Assembly: GCA_038087875.1 (NCBI GenBank)
Contig: CM075988.1
Span: 9,240,001-9,304,000 of the forward strand
From: Malacoraja senta
Lineage: Eukaryota
Length of the DNA stretch: 64,000 bases
Reading direction: 5' to 3'
Position 1 is the first letter of the stretch. Every line of letters starts with the position of its first letter. Below the pieces are notes generated by a model. The model was given only the letters and a program-made list of their open reading frames with translations. It searched no databases and was not told the DNA's origin. The translations under genes were made by a program, and so were the position numbers. Below, one piece after another: positions 51,905 to 64,000 of this stretch.

Positions 51905-52145
51905 GTTGGGGAATGTTGATGAATGGCTCGCTCCAGACTGCAAGAGTAGGTGCGGTGGAACGCTTTGAAGCTTGGTACAGCCGACGCCAAGTCTCTGTCG
52001 GGGAGGACCACAGTTTAGGGTCCTTCCGCTGCTGCACATTGGGGGGCAGATATGGTGGAGACACCTCTCAAATGAGGGACGGGATATCACACCAGAGGGT
52101 CACATGATTTGCAAGAGTGACAGGTATAATTATGGCTTTTGGGAA
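51905..52145 (+). mobile_element. Second, more decayed Tx1 3' fragment in tandem
   Basis: ARSRLQE*VRWNALKLGTADAKSLSGRTTV*. Confidence 0.7.
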
Positions 52146-52817
52146 CACTACCAAATATAACCTGTACCCAGAATCTGGCTTTCACATGGGACCCAGTTAG
52201 CCTCTAGTTATGGTTTAGATACAAACAATTGCAAAGAATATCTCACAGAATAATGGTCACTTTCTCAAACATGTTGTTTTATTCAAGGCATTAACAGTAC
52301 ACACTGGGAAACACTCTAGAGAGAATCCAAAGTGTTTGAAAGATCCCCAACATCTACAGCATTTTATATTCTCATAATAGTCACATGTGAATTTACATTT
52401 TTGAAATAATTCATCATTGATCAATGATTCTGTAGTTTTCACCTTGTTTTTCACCATCTTTAACCTTCTGTTCCCTGTTATTTTCAAAAACCATTCCCCC
52501 ATTTGTCTACCAAATGGGCATAATAAATGACGCCATTTGCTGATCAGTTTTATTGCTCTCAGCCTGATTTACAACCCCCATGTTTATTTTAACCTTAGCT
52601 AGCTATGCTTTGGAATCTAAACACATTGTAAATCTATTTAATGCCTCTTCTAACATCCTTAAATTCCCTTCACTATGTTAGCCTCTTTTCCCTTTATGCG
52701 TTCCCAGTATGGATTAAACATATTACAAATTTCTCATCTTTCTTAAAAATGTCAGTATTTTTACATCAACTATCAATCTATTTCAAGTTGCACAGTTTAA
52801 TAATCAAAGAGGTTACG

Positions 52818-53099
52818 GAGGCACGGTGGTGTACCGGTAGAGGTACTGCCTTACAATGCCAGAGACCCAGGTTAGATCTGTACGGAGTTTGTACGTTCTC
52901 CCCGTTTTCTCAGAGATCTTCCGTTTCTTCCCACACTCCAAAGGTGTACAGGTTTGCAGGCTTGGTATAAATGTTGAAATGTAAAAAAAATTGTCCCTAG
53001 CATGTGCAGTGTAGTGTTAATGTACAGGGATCGCTGGTCAGCGTGGACTCAGTGGGCCTGTTTCCGTGCTGTATCTATAAACTAAACTAAACTAAACTA
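52818..53099 (+). mobile_element. V-SINE (HE1-like)
   Basis: SINE pattern with (taaac)n tail. Confidence 0.85.
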
Positions 53100-54074
53100 G
53101 AAGGTTATCCAAAATCCATGCTCACCGTGGGGAGAATTCATGTACTTCTGATAGATGGTTGCATTTGCATTGTTTTTGCCGTTTCCAAGTGCAGGACTTC
53201 ATAAACCATCATGTTTTCAAGAGGATCTTCAAGGAAGCTCCAATCAGGAAGGACCTGCTTAAGGTTGTGGAGGATCTCTATGGTCCCTGCACAAAGAATG
53301 TGCTTCTTCAGTCTATGCCTCCAGTCTCTGCAGGCTCACCCCCACTCCCTTCCCATTCCCCATTAAATTGGTCGCAAAATTTCACTGTGGTTGAAAGAAT
53401 GCTTCTTGTTTATGGTTTGTACTTTGGAGAGCAGTCGGCAAAGATTAAACCTGCTAAGAGGAACAAAATGCTGGGCAGTTTTATTGTGACATTACAAAAC
53501 GTCACATTCTTGTGATGTTACATTATATGGGAAGCCAGGACCATGAACTACTCCAGTAGATTGAGTGCGCGGGCGGACTGGACTTTGGACTTTCGAAATG
53601 GTGCCAAAACATGGCAGCGCCTGCATGCATGAATATGCAAAATGAATTTCTCTGTGCAGTTGCACATGTGACAAATACAGCACCACTGACCATAAGGAAA
53701 ACTGTCAATGCAGTTCTTTGAGCCTCACAACTGAAGTCCGGGTCTCGACCCAAAAACACACCCATTCTTTCTATCCCGAGATGCTGCCTGTCCCGCTGAG
53801 TTACTCCAGCATTTTGTGTCTATCTTCGGTGTAAACCAGCATCTGCAGTTCCTTCATACATCATCCTTTCTCTTTATGCAACTAATACACACCTCCTTAA
53901 GCTGATTCATAATACTGCTCTAATATCAAAACAAAATGACCACCTAGGAGATTTTTTCAACATAACCGGGTCCTAAACTACAAGTCTTGAATGTGATAGC
54001 GACTAATGTGAAGGATAAAGGATTTACAAGAAAAGAATTGACCAAGTGAGGACTATAATGGCCTTAATTTTCCC

Positions 54075-54455
54075 TAGGATTGAAAGCATCTACATGTGGC
54101 GCCGCCTCAAGAAGGTGGCATCTAGCATCAAGGATCCCCACCATCTGGGCCATGCCCCATTCTCACTGCTACCATTGGACAGGAGGTACAGAAGCCCAGT
54201 CCCACACCTCCAGGTTTAGGAACAACTACTTTCCTACAACTAATCATAATCACAATCGTAATTTATTAGCCAAGTATGTTTTGCAACATACGAGGAATTT
54301 GATTTGCCATACAGTCATACCAATACCAACCTTTTGCACAATCATGAACTTGTTTTTAATGGTAAATTTCTTGCATTAAAGATTTTTTAATTACACGGCA
54401 AGTAAGAATTTCATTGTTCTATCTGGGACAAATGACAATAAAACACTCTTGACCC
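54075..54455 (+). mobile_element. Rex1/Babar-like LINE 3' end
   Basis: KKVASSIKDPHHLGHAPFSLLP..RRYRS and TSRFRNNYFP; tail aatttcattg...tgacaataaa. Confidence 0.75.
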
Positions 54456-55487
54456 TTCTTCCTTTTCACTGTTTTGTAGAAGTTATGTACAGGCTGCGTA
54501 GAATCGATATATATATATATATATATTTGGATCTATGAGCCTGTGATCCTGCTGCAAACAAGATTTTCATGGTACTTCACCGTACCTGTGCCTATGACAA
54601 TGAACTCAAGTCGACTTGACTTTGTTAGAATGAAGAACGTTTGAGTTCAGTTTATCATCACGTGTACTGAGGTACAGTGAAAAGCTTTTGTTATATGCTA
54701 ACCGGTCAGTGGAAAGACAATACATGATTACAATCGAGTCATCCACAGTGTACAGATAAATGAGAAAGAGAATAACATGAATAATGTTTTGTGTAAGATA
54801 AAGCCGGTAAAGTGCGAAGGGAACCTGTGACCCCATGTGCAGTTCTGATGAATACTGTATATGCTATTAGTTTAAGGAAGAAGGAATGTGGATCTAGTGT
54901 TAGTAAATGCAGGATGACTGGATAGTGAATGTAAACACCAGCAAAAATCAGCTGGTCTGAAAAGGATGTGACTGCACTGAGGTTCTTTTTTAAAGTATCA
55001 GAAAGAAGAACTTCATAAAAACATTATGGATTTTTTGGATTTCTTGCTGATTTCCAGTCACAACATTTCATTCCAAAGCAGGAAGGCTTCAGAGGCCAAT
55101 TTCCTAATGCTAATAGCCAATGGAGTCTTATCCATCAGCCACTAATGCTTCCTGCTGCTCAAGATGTGTCCATGTACCGCCATGGCTTGGTTATAATGCA
55201 GACATCTCTGAGTTGGCAGATGTTATCGGAAAATCAAATGATTGAAGAATCACTCCAGACCCGGGCCCAGTGCAAGCACCAAAGGTTTATTATTTATCAC
55301 CGCTGGAGAGAGGTGTGCTCAACTTCTGTACAAATCTAAGAACAAATCTATTTTTGTACATTTCCTGTTCATCCCTGGCTGCAGACCATTAACATTTGAT
55401 TTCGCATATATTACATGCTTATCCAGCCAGGTGTCTAATAAGGTACGAGGAGAGAATTTAATCATCATAAAGACAGATCATAGATAA

Positions 55488-55793
55488 GGGCAGCACGGTA
55501 GCCCAGTGGTAGAGTTGCTGCCTTACAGCTCCAGAGACACGGGTTCGATCCTGACTATGGGAGCTGTCTGTTTGGAGTTAGTATGTTCTCCTTGTGACCT
55601 CGTGGGTTTTCTCCGGGTGCTCCAGGTTCCGACCACATTCCAAGGACATGCAGGTTTGTAGGTTAATTGGCTTTGTTGAAGTTGTAAATTGACCTTAGTG
55701 TATAGGATAAAATTAGTGTACGGGGTGATCACTGGTCAGCACAGACTTGGTGGGCCAATGGGCCTGTTTCCGCACTGTATCTCGTAAGTAAAC
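55488..55793 (+). mobile_element. V-SINE (HE1-like)
   Basis: SINE pattern. Confidence 0.9.
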
Positions 55794-56239
55794 AAGTTGA
55801 GTCATTCCATGATTATCACCAGACACAGGATTCACTGTTGCTGAGCCAGAAAAATGCCCTTAGTATTCAGTGACCTTGTGTATCCAGCTTGCTCTGCCTC
55901 AGTGCTGATAAGAAGAAATCCAACTAGTCAACTCTGTCTGCAAGTCCAGAAAAATGGAGAGCAGTGAATTCTCCATTTTGTTACAAGGTCAATGAATATT
56001 CTCCATTTTGTAATGTACTTGCTTGTGCATTAGTATTTGCCTGGTGTTGTGATGCTGGTTTTGCGCTGGCAATCTCTAACAGCAGCTCAGGGGTTCAATA
56101 TTTACTCCCTGCTTTAACACCACACTTTAATCTGGTTAGCAAGAGTTCAACGCTGTATGAGGAAACATCTTCCTAGATATATTAAAGTAAGATCCCATCA
56201 GTCCACTTTAGTGCGCAGAAAGGACTGTAATGGGTTAAG

Positions 56240-56870
56240 TCATAAGTCATAAGGTCATAAGATCATAAGTGATAGGAGTAGAATTAGGCCATTCGGCCCA
56301 TTGTCTACTCCGCTATTCAATCGTGGCTGATCTATCTCTCCCTCCTAACCCCATTCTCCTGCCTTCTCCCCATAACCTCTGACACCTGTACTAATCAAGA
56401 ATCTATCTAATAGCCCTGTCCCACAGTACGAGTTCATTCCAAGAGCTCTCCCGAGTTTAAAAAAAATCAAACTCGTGGTAAGCACGGAGAATGAACGTAG
56501 CGGGTACGTCGGAGCTCGGGGACGTCGGAGACTTAGCGGCTCGTAACGCTAACGGCAAGTACTCGGGAAGACTCGCTAACGGCAGGTAAGCACGGGAGCT
56601 CTCGTGGACATGTTGAAAAATGTCCACGAGAGCCCCGAGTACCGACAAGTGGCCATTACTGTAAATCTCCGAGTTTGAATCTGAGCAAACTCGGGAAAAC
56701 TCTTGGAATGAACTCGTACCGTGGGACAGGGCTTTATCTCTGCTTTAAAAATATCCACTGACTTGGCCTCCACAGCCTTCTACGGCAAAGAATTGCGCAG
56801 ATTCACCACCCTCTGACTAAATACATTTCTCCTCATCTCCTTCCCCCCCCCCAAAATGTCCTTTAATTCT
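56240..56870 (-). mobile_element. CR1 3' fragment hosting a MITE
   Basis: SQRVVNLRNSLP.KAVEAKSVDIFKAEI remnant plus tail. Confidence 0.85.
56412..56733. mobile_element. MITE with ~47-bp TIR related to the Harbinger-like set
   Basis: TIR agccctgtcccac.gtacgagttcattccaagag...cccgagttt; TSD not cleanly resolved. Confidence 0.8.
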
Positions 56871-58883
56871 TAAAGGAAGCAGAGGAATTTTACTGTGTCT
56901 TAATCAACATTTATCCAATTCAATTCTGAAGAAGGGTCCCAATCCGAAACATCATCCATCATTTTTCTGCAGAGATGCTGCCTGACCTGTTGAGTTACTC
57001 CAGCATTTCTAAACTAGCATCCACTGTTCCTTGTTTCTACAAGATTTAAATTTTGATGTGATGGTTTAAAATAAGAACAAAAAAGAACCTTTATCTATAT
57101 AGCATCTTTCATGATCAGAGGATATCCCGGAACTTTCATGGTCGACAAAAGACTTTAATTATCACATCTTTTAATGATTTCAGCAAATATCTCAACCACT
57201 TTGTATCCAAACATAATACAATGAGATAAATGATATAAAATTGGTTACTTGATGATAGACGCAAAGTGCTGGAGTAACTGTGGGGGTCAGGCATCATCTC
57301 TGGAGAAAAGGGATGGGTGATGTTTTGGGGCGGGACCCTTCTTCAGACTTGAACATGGATAGGTCATTGTTGGTACTTTTCCACATCCATAACAGGTAAC
57401 GACTAAGAATTATTTTTCTGGTTATTTATTCAAACACAAAGAAACATTACTTCAACTGCTCATCTGGGGTGCTGTGAGCTGATGAGATTCCTTGCTGATC
57501 AGCAGCTTGTCTGAAAGTTTAGCCTCAAATGCTAAATTGCTCATTTGGCTGCAATGTGTTATTGCAAGTCATTGTTCATATTTATTATTGGAACTATTTT
57601 CATCTCAGTGAGCGGATAGGAGAGAAATTATCGATGATAGGCAATGAATAGAATACTACAGTTAGGCCCCATGATTGAGAATGCATTTGCCAAATATGCA
57701 CTCCAATGGTTAATGATGTCATATGAACCTCTGGAGTAAACCTTATCATTTACACACTGCCATCTAAAATTATTAATTTTTTTCAGAATGTCATATTGTA
57801 ATTATAGATATATTCCATAATGTTAAAAGCTGCATTGTTTCAGAGTTCTGCAACAGAGGACATGAGATCTATATCACACATTGTTATCATTCTTTGCCAA
57901 ATCTCTGTTGAAAAGACAGTGGAGGAAAAGGCAGGCTGGGTTTATGTTAGTTTATTGTCACGTGTACCGAGGTACAGCGCAAAGCTTTTGTTGCGTGCTA
58001 ACCAGACAGTGAAAAGACAATACATGTTAGCAATCGAGCCATCCATAGTGTACAGATACATGATAATAGGAATAACGTGAATAACATTTAGTGCAAGATA
58101 AAGCCAATAAAGTTTGATCATAGATAGCCCAAGACTGCTCTCTAGTTGTTGGTAGGATGGTTCAGTTGCCTGGGAGAAGAGATGCAGTAAAATCCAAGGT
58201 ATTTCAGTCACAATGTGTAGGAAGGAACTACAGATGCTGGTTTGTACCACAAAATAGGCACCAAATGCTGGAGTAACTCAGCAGGTGAGGCAGCATCTCT
58301 GAATAAAAAGAATAGGTGACCTTTACGGCCGTAACCTTTCTTCAGACTGAAAGTAGAGGTGGTTGTGGGAGTTGGGGGGTGGGGGGAGAAATAAATTGGA
58401 GGGGAGAAAATTCCAGTGGACCACAAAATATGCATGACCATCTGTTGTAAAGATACACTGACCCAGCCAAAATAGAACTGGCAGCAAATTCAACACCACT
58501 TGGCTCATAGGGCCATTATCTACTGCAACTGTTCAATAATTCAACAGTTACTTTATTGTCATATATATATCAAGATACAGTGAAATGCTATGTTTTAGAT
58601 ATAATCCAGTAGAATACTTGAAGATGCTCCTCAAAACCTACATCTTTGTTTGAGCTTTTGACAATTCATCCTGATAACTTCTCATGTCGAACATTTCTAC
58701 GTGTTCACACAGAGTGCATTAGAATAGGTAAAAACGTGTAAAAATCCAAAGTGATTGTTGTTGTGGCAAGCAACCTTATTAAGGACTTCTGCTCACCCCT
58801 GTCTTTATTTGTAATGTCTTACACATGTATGTAGTACTGTCATTCAAAGAATGTTTTAGGATAAAAAGGAACAAGCATCTGAG

Positions 58884-59285
58884 GAGGCAAAGCTGTGCAG
58901 TGGTAGAGTTGCTGCCTTATAGTGCCAGAGTCCCGGGATTGATCCTGACCACGGGTGCTGTCTGTACGGAGTTTGTATGTTTTGCCTGTGATCGCGCGGG
59001 TTTTCTCCGAATGCTCCAGTTTCCTCCCACACTCCAAAGACATACAGGTTTGTAGTTTAATTGGCTTCTGTAAATTGTAAATTGTCCCCAGTGCATAGGA
59101 TAGTGCTAGTGTATGGGGGTGATCGCTGGTCGAAGCGGACTCGGGCTGAAGGGCTTGTTTCCACGCTGTATCCCTGAAGACAAAAGCATGAAAAAGGCCC
59201 TTCGGCCCACTGGGTTTGCGCCGACCAGCGATCACCCAATAGACCAGCACTATCGTACACACTAGGGACAATTTACAATTGACAG
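58884..59285. mobile_element. V-SINE (+, 58884-59180) followed by an inverted partial SINE tail (-, 59190-59285)
   Basis: SINE pattern in both orientations. Confidence 0.85.
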
Positions 59286-59849
59286 AAGTAAAGTAAAGTC
59301 GATCACAAAACCCTCAATTTTTAATGGTTGTCGCTTCTTACAGTAAATGCAATTATCTATCTTATCTTCCATTCTGGGACATGTCTCCAATGAGACAACT
59401 AAACTGCAAGAGAACAGAATTTTTCACATGCATTGTACACAAGTACAAGTCATCACCAATCACAAAGACACAAGCTGAACATTAGTTGCCTGAAATATTT
59501 CTTTATGCATTCAAAATAATCTGTGTTAAACATAGCACAATAATGACTGTAACAGTCACCTCTATTAGCAAAAGTGCTAAGCCACTTATTTTGTAAAAAC
59601 TAATGGACCTATATTTAAAATGAGGAAAGAAATATCAGAAATATGTGCTAGCCATCTGCTAAAACTGGAAACACTCATTTTCAGCCTCACACCATTTGAC
59701 AGATTCAAATTCTTCTTGATAATTACTTTCAATTTTTTATATATGTTATCCTAATTATTCACTTTTAAAGAACTTTGGAGTTTGTTGGATGTCACTTAGC
59801 AGTGGACCAATGGTTGCAAAATTAGTTGGAAACTCTCAGCAGAGGCGTT

Positions 59850-61045
59850 AACTTTGTACCCCTGCACCCATACCTCTACAAGTTCTGAGCCCGTCATTAT
59901 GTCGAGCTCTTCTTCTGTTACCTCCGCCTCTGGGCATATTTCTCTGGCCAGGAATTCCCTCCCAAGATTAATTTCTTCATCCCTGCCCAAGATGAAGCTT
60001 TCCAGTCTAGGACATCCAAGATTGACATCTGTGGGATCCCCCATATGGTTGTGGTTGGAGCCATCATCCATATCTTCTCTGTAGTTCTGCTCTCACTCTC
60101 CCTCCATGCAGATGAAATAAAGATAGAGTTCCCCTGGTCCTCATCTTTTAACCCATCAGCTCCCACATCTGATGCATCATCCTCCAACATGATCCCACCA
60201 CCAGTCGCATTTTCCAATCCCCACTATTTTCCACTTTCCATTTGAGACCACAACTCATCGTTTGGCTCATCTCTTCTACTCAACCCATCCCATCCCCGGG
60301 TATTTTTTTCCTGCAACTGCAGGAGATATGACACCTATTCCTACACATCCTCGATCACTTTCATCAAGGGACCCTAGCAGTCCTTCCAGGTGAGACAGAG
60401 GTTCACGTGCAACCCTCTGTAACCTCATCTACTGCATTTGGAACTCCAGATGTGGCCTCCTTTACATCAGCGAGACCAAGCGTAGACTGGGTAAACATTT
60501 CGCCAAACATTTTCGCTCGGACTACTTAGGGCTGCTGGATCTCCCAGTTGCTAACCATTTTAACTCTCCTTCCCATTCCCATACTTACCTTTCTGCCCTG
60601 GGCCTCCTCAAGAGCCGGAGTGAGGCCTCATGCAAACTGGAAGAAGAGCACCACATATTCCGCCTGGGTAGTCTTCAACCCAGTGATGTGAACACTGAAT
60701 TCTCCAAATTCAAGTAATATTCCTACGACCCCTCCTCTCTTTCTAGTGTCCTACCCCACCCCAATGCACCAACCACCCCATCAACCTGCTCCTTCCCTCT
60801 TCTCCACAGGCTCATCTCCTATCACCAAGTCCCCTTTATCCTATCTCTTTTCACTCCAGTCTTCTTCTACCCATATCTCTCCCTCCCATTTTATATTCCA
60901 CGACTCTTCTTCACCCTTTTGCAAATCACCCCCTCATCTGCATCTATCCATCACTTACCTGACGTTGTCCCATCCCCATCTCTATTTTCCAGCTTTCTCT
61001 ATCCCCCCTCTCCCTCCCCCTCCCCCTCCCCATTATTTTGAAGAT
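59850..61045 (+). mobile_element. Old Penelope-like element fragment
   Basis: FQVRQRFT, NLIYCIW.SRCGLLYISETKRRLGKHFAKH and KLEEEHHIFRLGSLQP (GIY-YIG region). Confidence 0.85.
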
Positions 61046-62838
61046 TCCCAACCTGAAATGTTGTGTTTAAGAAAGAACTGCAGTTGCTGACAAAATCAAA
61101 GGTAGATACAAAACGCTGGAGTGGAGAAACTCAGCGGGTAAGGCAGCATCTATGGAGAGAGGGAATTGGCAACATTTCAGGTCAAGTCTGAAGAAAGGTC
61201 TCGACCCGAAACATCGCCAATTCCTTCTCTCCATAGATGCTGCCTCACCAGCTGAGTTTCTCCAGCTTTTTGTGTCTATCAACCTAAAATGGTGTCTGTC
61301 CATTCCTTTCACAGATGTTGCCTGACCCGTTGAGTTCCTCCAACATTTTGTGTTTTACTCAAAATTCCAGCATCCGTAGTTTCTCATGAGGGACAGACCA
61401 TTGAATTCCATCCACTACAAACCCATTGACCCCCACAGCTACATTGACCTCACTTATATTGACCTTTCTTATGAGTTTCTAAATAGAGGGAATGGTTGTC
61501 AATTGTTTTTACTCTTGCAATATTTCACAATTGAGTTCAATTGAGCAAATATTGAAAGACTCTGGTTAGGGATTCCCACAACATAAAGTCACACCATAAG
61601 GTGCTAATTAATAACAATTAATAAGCTTGCATTGTCTGTGCAGTCTGAAGAATGCAGGTACAATGTTAAGCTGCATTGACACCCCGCACATAAAGTAGGA
61701 AAAATAATTTAGATTTGATCCTTCGACTTTGATCCTAGCAGCTTTCATGGAGTTCGAATATTCTAACATGCTTTTTCAGCACCAGAATATTTTTAAACTG
61801 TAGCTTCTGTTGGAATGTTCAAAATAAGCCAAGGTGTAAATAAATCTCTGCGTAATTCAATTTTGGAAAGCAAGCACTGTTCTAATAAACAACGTGCTGG
61901 AGGAATCCAGCGGGCCTGGGAGTAGCTGTGGAGGGAGATGAACAGACAATGTTTCGGGTTGCGATTGTTCTTCAGAATGATGAAGGAGAGGGGAGATAGC
62001 TGGTGGCATGAAGTGAGGGAATGGGTGGGGTAAGACTGGACAGTTCATAGGCGGATCCAGGGAAGAAGGTTTGGCTTCTTGCATGGATCCACCTATCACT
62101 TACCACATCATCTTTCTACCATTTATCTCCCCCCCATGAGTCTGAAAAAATGTTCCATTGCCTTCCATAAATGTTACCTGGTCTGCTGAGTTTCTCCCGA
62201 ACTTTGATTCTTGCTCAAGATTCCAGTATCTACAGCCTCTCTTGTGTCTCCATTATTCTAAACAAACCACCCTGCATTTTTGCCGATATCTTTCCTAAGA
62301 TGTTGTGCTCAGAACTGCTCATAATACTCTTGATCAAGTTTAAGCAGGCTTTGTAAAGCTGCACCATGGCTTCTGCATCCTTGCATTTTAGAAGGGCCAG
62401 AATTTCATCAGTCCATCTTTTTCCTAAAGGCTAAAGTTATTGAGTCATTGAGACAAACAGCAAAGAAACAGTCTGAGGAAGGATCCTGACACAAAACTCT
62501 CCATGTCCTCCACAGATGCTGACCGACCTGCTGATGTCCAGGACTTTGTATTTTGCTCAATATTCCAGCATCTGCAGTTTCTTGTGTCTCCAGAACAGAA
62601 ATAGGCTCATCAACCCATGACTGCACTACCCATTTCCACTAATCCTACATTAATCCAGTCTGAAGAAGGGTTCCAACCTGTCCATTCCCTCTACAGATGC
62701 TGCCTGACTCGCTAAGTTTCGAGAGCACTTTGTGTTTTGCTACATGAATTCTATTTTATTCTCCCCACATTATCATCAATTTCCTCACAGATTCTACCAC
62801 TCACCTGCACAGAGGATACATTTACGGTAGCCCATTAA

Positions 62839-63709
62839 TTAGATTAGATTAGATTAGATTTTATTACTTTCATTTGAACCTCAGAAAGGCTCAAACGAAA
62901 CTCCGTTTCCACAGACATACAAACACAACAATTCCTACACGACACACAAACAATTCAATTTACAGAAAACATCCATCACAGTGAATCTCCTCCTCACTGT
63001 GATGGAAGGCAAGGTATTTTTCTCTCCCCTGCACCATTTTTCTCCCGATGTCGAAGCCCCCGGCGGGCAATGTTAAGTCCCATGGCCATTGAGGCCGCGC
63101 GGGGCGATGTACGGCCCCGCTCCGGGCCCAAAAGTCACAAGTTGGAGCCCCCGGCGGGCGCTGGAATGTCCCGCGGCCATTAAAGCCAAGCCGGGCGATG
63201 TAAGGCCCCGCTCCGGGTCGTTCCAACCCCGCGACTCGGGCTGGAGAAGTTGCATTGCGGGAGCTCCGGAAAGCGGTCTCTCACCCGGACCCGCGAGCTC
63301 CCGATATCACAGTCCACCGGTCTGCAGCTGCAGCTGGAGCTCTGGAATCGGGCCGCAGCAGCGAGCCACCACAGCTCCCCACGCTCCGAGGCTGGCCAGC
63401 CCCACGATGGTGAGTCCGCAGCTCCACAGGCTCTGCGACTGGAGCCCCCAGGTCGTCCCGGTCGGAGGCCGCTCCATGGAGCTAAGCTCCAACGACAACG
63501 GAGACCTGACAGGGAAAAGGTCAGGTCTCCCGTGCAGGGAAGAGATTTTAAAAGTTTCCCCCTCCCCCCCCCCCCCCCCCCCCCACATATACACAGTTAA
63601 AAACAGTACAAAAAAAACACAAACAATTACATTTAACTAGACAAATATAAAAAAAAAGACAGACAGGCTGTAGGGGCCGCTGCAGTAATCCTGCTCCGCC
63701 ACACTAGAA
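62839..63709 (-). mobile_element. GC-rich non-coding retroposon with (atcta)n tail (copy C)
   Basis: attaa on both flanks (62834-62838, 63710-63714), splitting a SINE; homologous to 24461-25335. Confidence 0.85.
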
Positions 63710-63744
63710 ATTAACCTACTAAACGCTACATTTGGGGAGGATTT

Positions 63745-64000
63745 GCTACATGGAATGTAGCCTGAAGACTGTAACGTCCAGGTTCAGGAACAGCTGCTTT
63801 CCCACAGCCATCAGGCTATTAAACACAATCAATAAGCTATGAGCTCTGAACTGCAAAAGACTATTATTATTTGTTATGTGCGTTATATTTGTTATTTATT
63901 GAACTTTTTCTTTTTTTCCCCGTTATATACAATGTTTACATATTCACATATTCTGTTGTGCTGCAGCAAGTAAGAATTTCATTGTCCCGTCAGGGACATA
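63745..64000 (+). mobile_element. Rex1/Babar-like LINE 3' end
   Basis: SLKTVTSRFRNSCFPTAIRLLN, then a tail aagaatttcattgtccc...gggacata running off the window. Confidence 0.75.

Noticed and set aside
53159..53515. 118-aa ORF in unique-looking DNA
   Set aside because: Non-ATG start, no domain recognised and no splice support.
6527..62710. Recurrent ~33-bp hairpin motif as a CRISPR-like array
   Set aside because: Copies are dispersed on both strands without regular spacers and belong to Penelope termini.

Overview
Repeat-dense vertebrate genomic DNA, most likely from a cartilaginous fish such as a skate or ray (inferred from HE1-type V-SINEs sharing a 3' tail with HER1/CR1 LINEs). No host protein-coding gene is recognisable, so this is probably intergenic or a long intron. 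Contents: a near full-length decayed CR1 LINE (1-6150) carrying two nested insertions; two internally deleted DIRS1-type tyrosine-recombinase retrotransposons with ICRs and terminal sequences (33.3-37.7 kb, 45.0-48.5 kb); a non-autonomous Helitron (30.0-31.9 kb); four Harbinger-like MITEs; Penelope (GIY-YIG), Rex1, Tx1, L2 and Ingi/Vingi-like fragments; and about 20 V-SINEs. Two systems stand out. (i) Roughly 30 minimal hammerhead-ribozyme modules derived from Penelope termini, often arranged as fold-backs; one is a 93-bp insertion with a 12-bp TSD. (ii) A family of GC-rich 0.85-1 kb non-coding retroposons that keep covarying hairpins but carry different LINE-type 3' tails. Family names come from motif recognition, not database searches, and most boundaries without TSDs are approximate.
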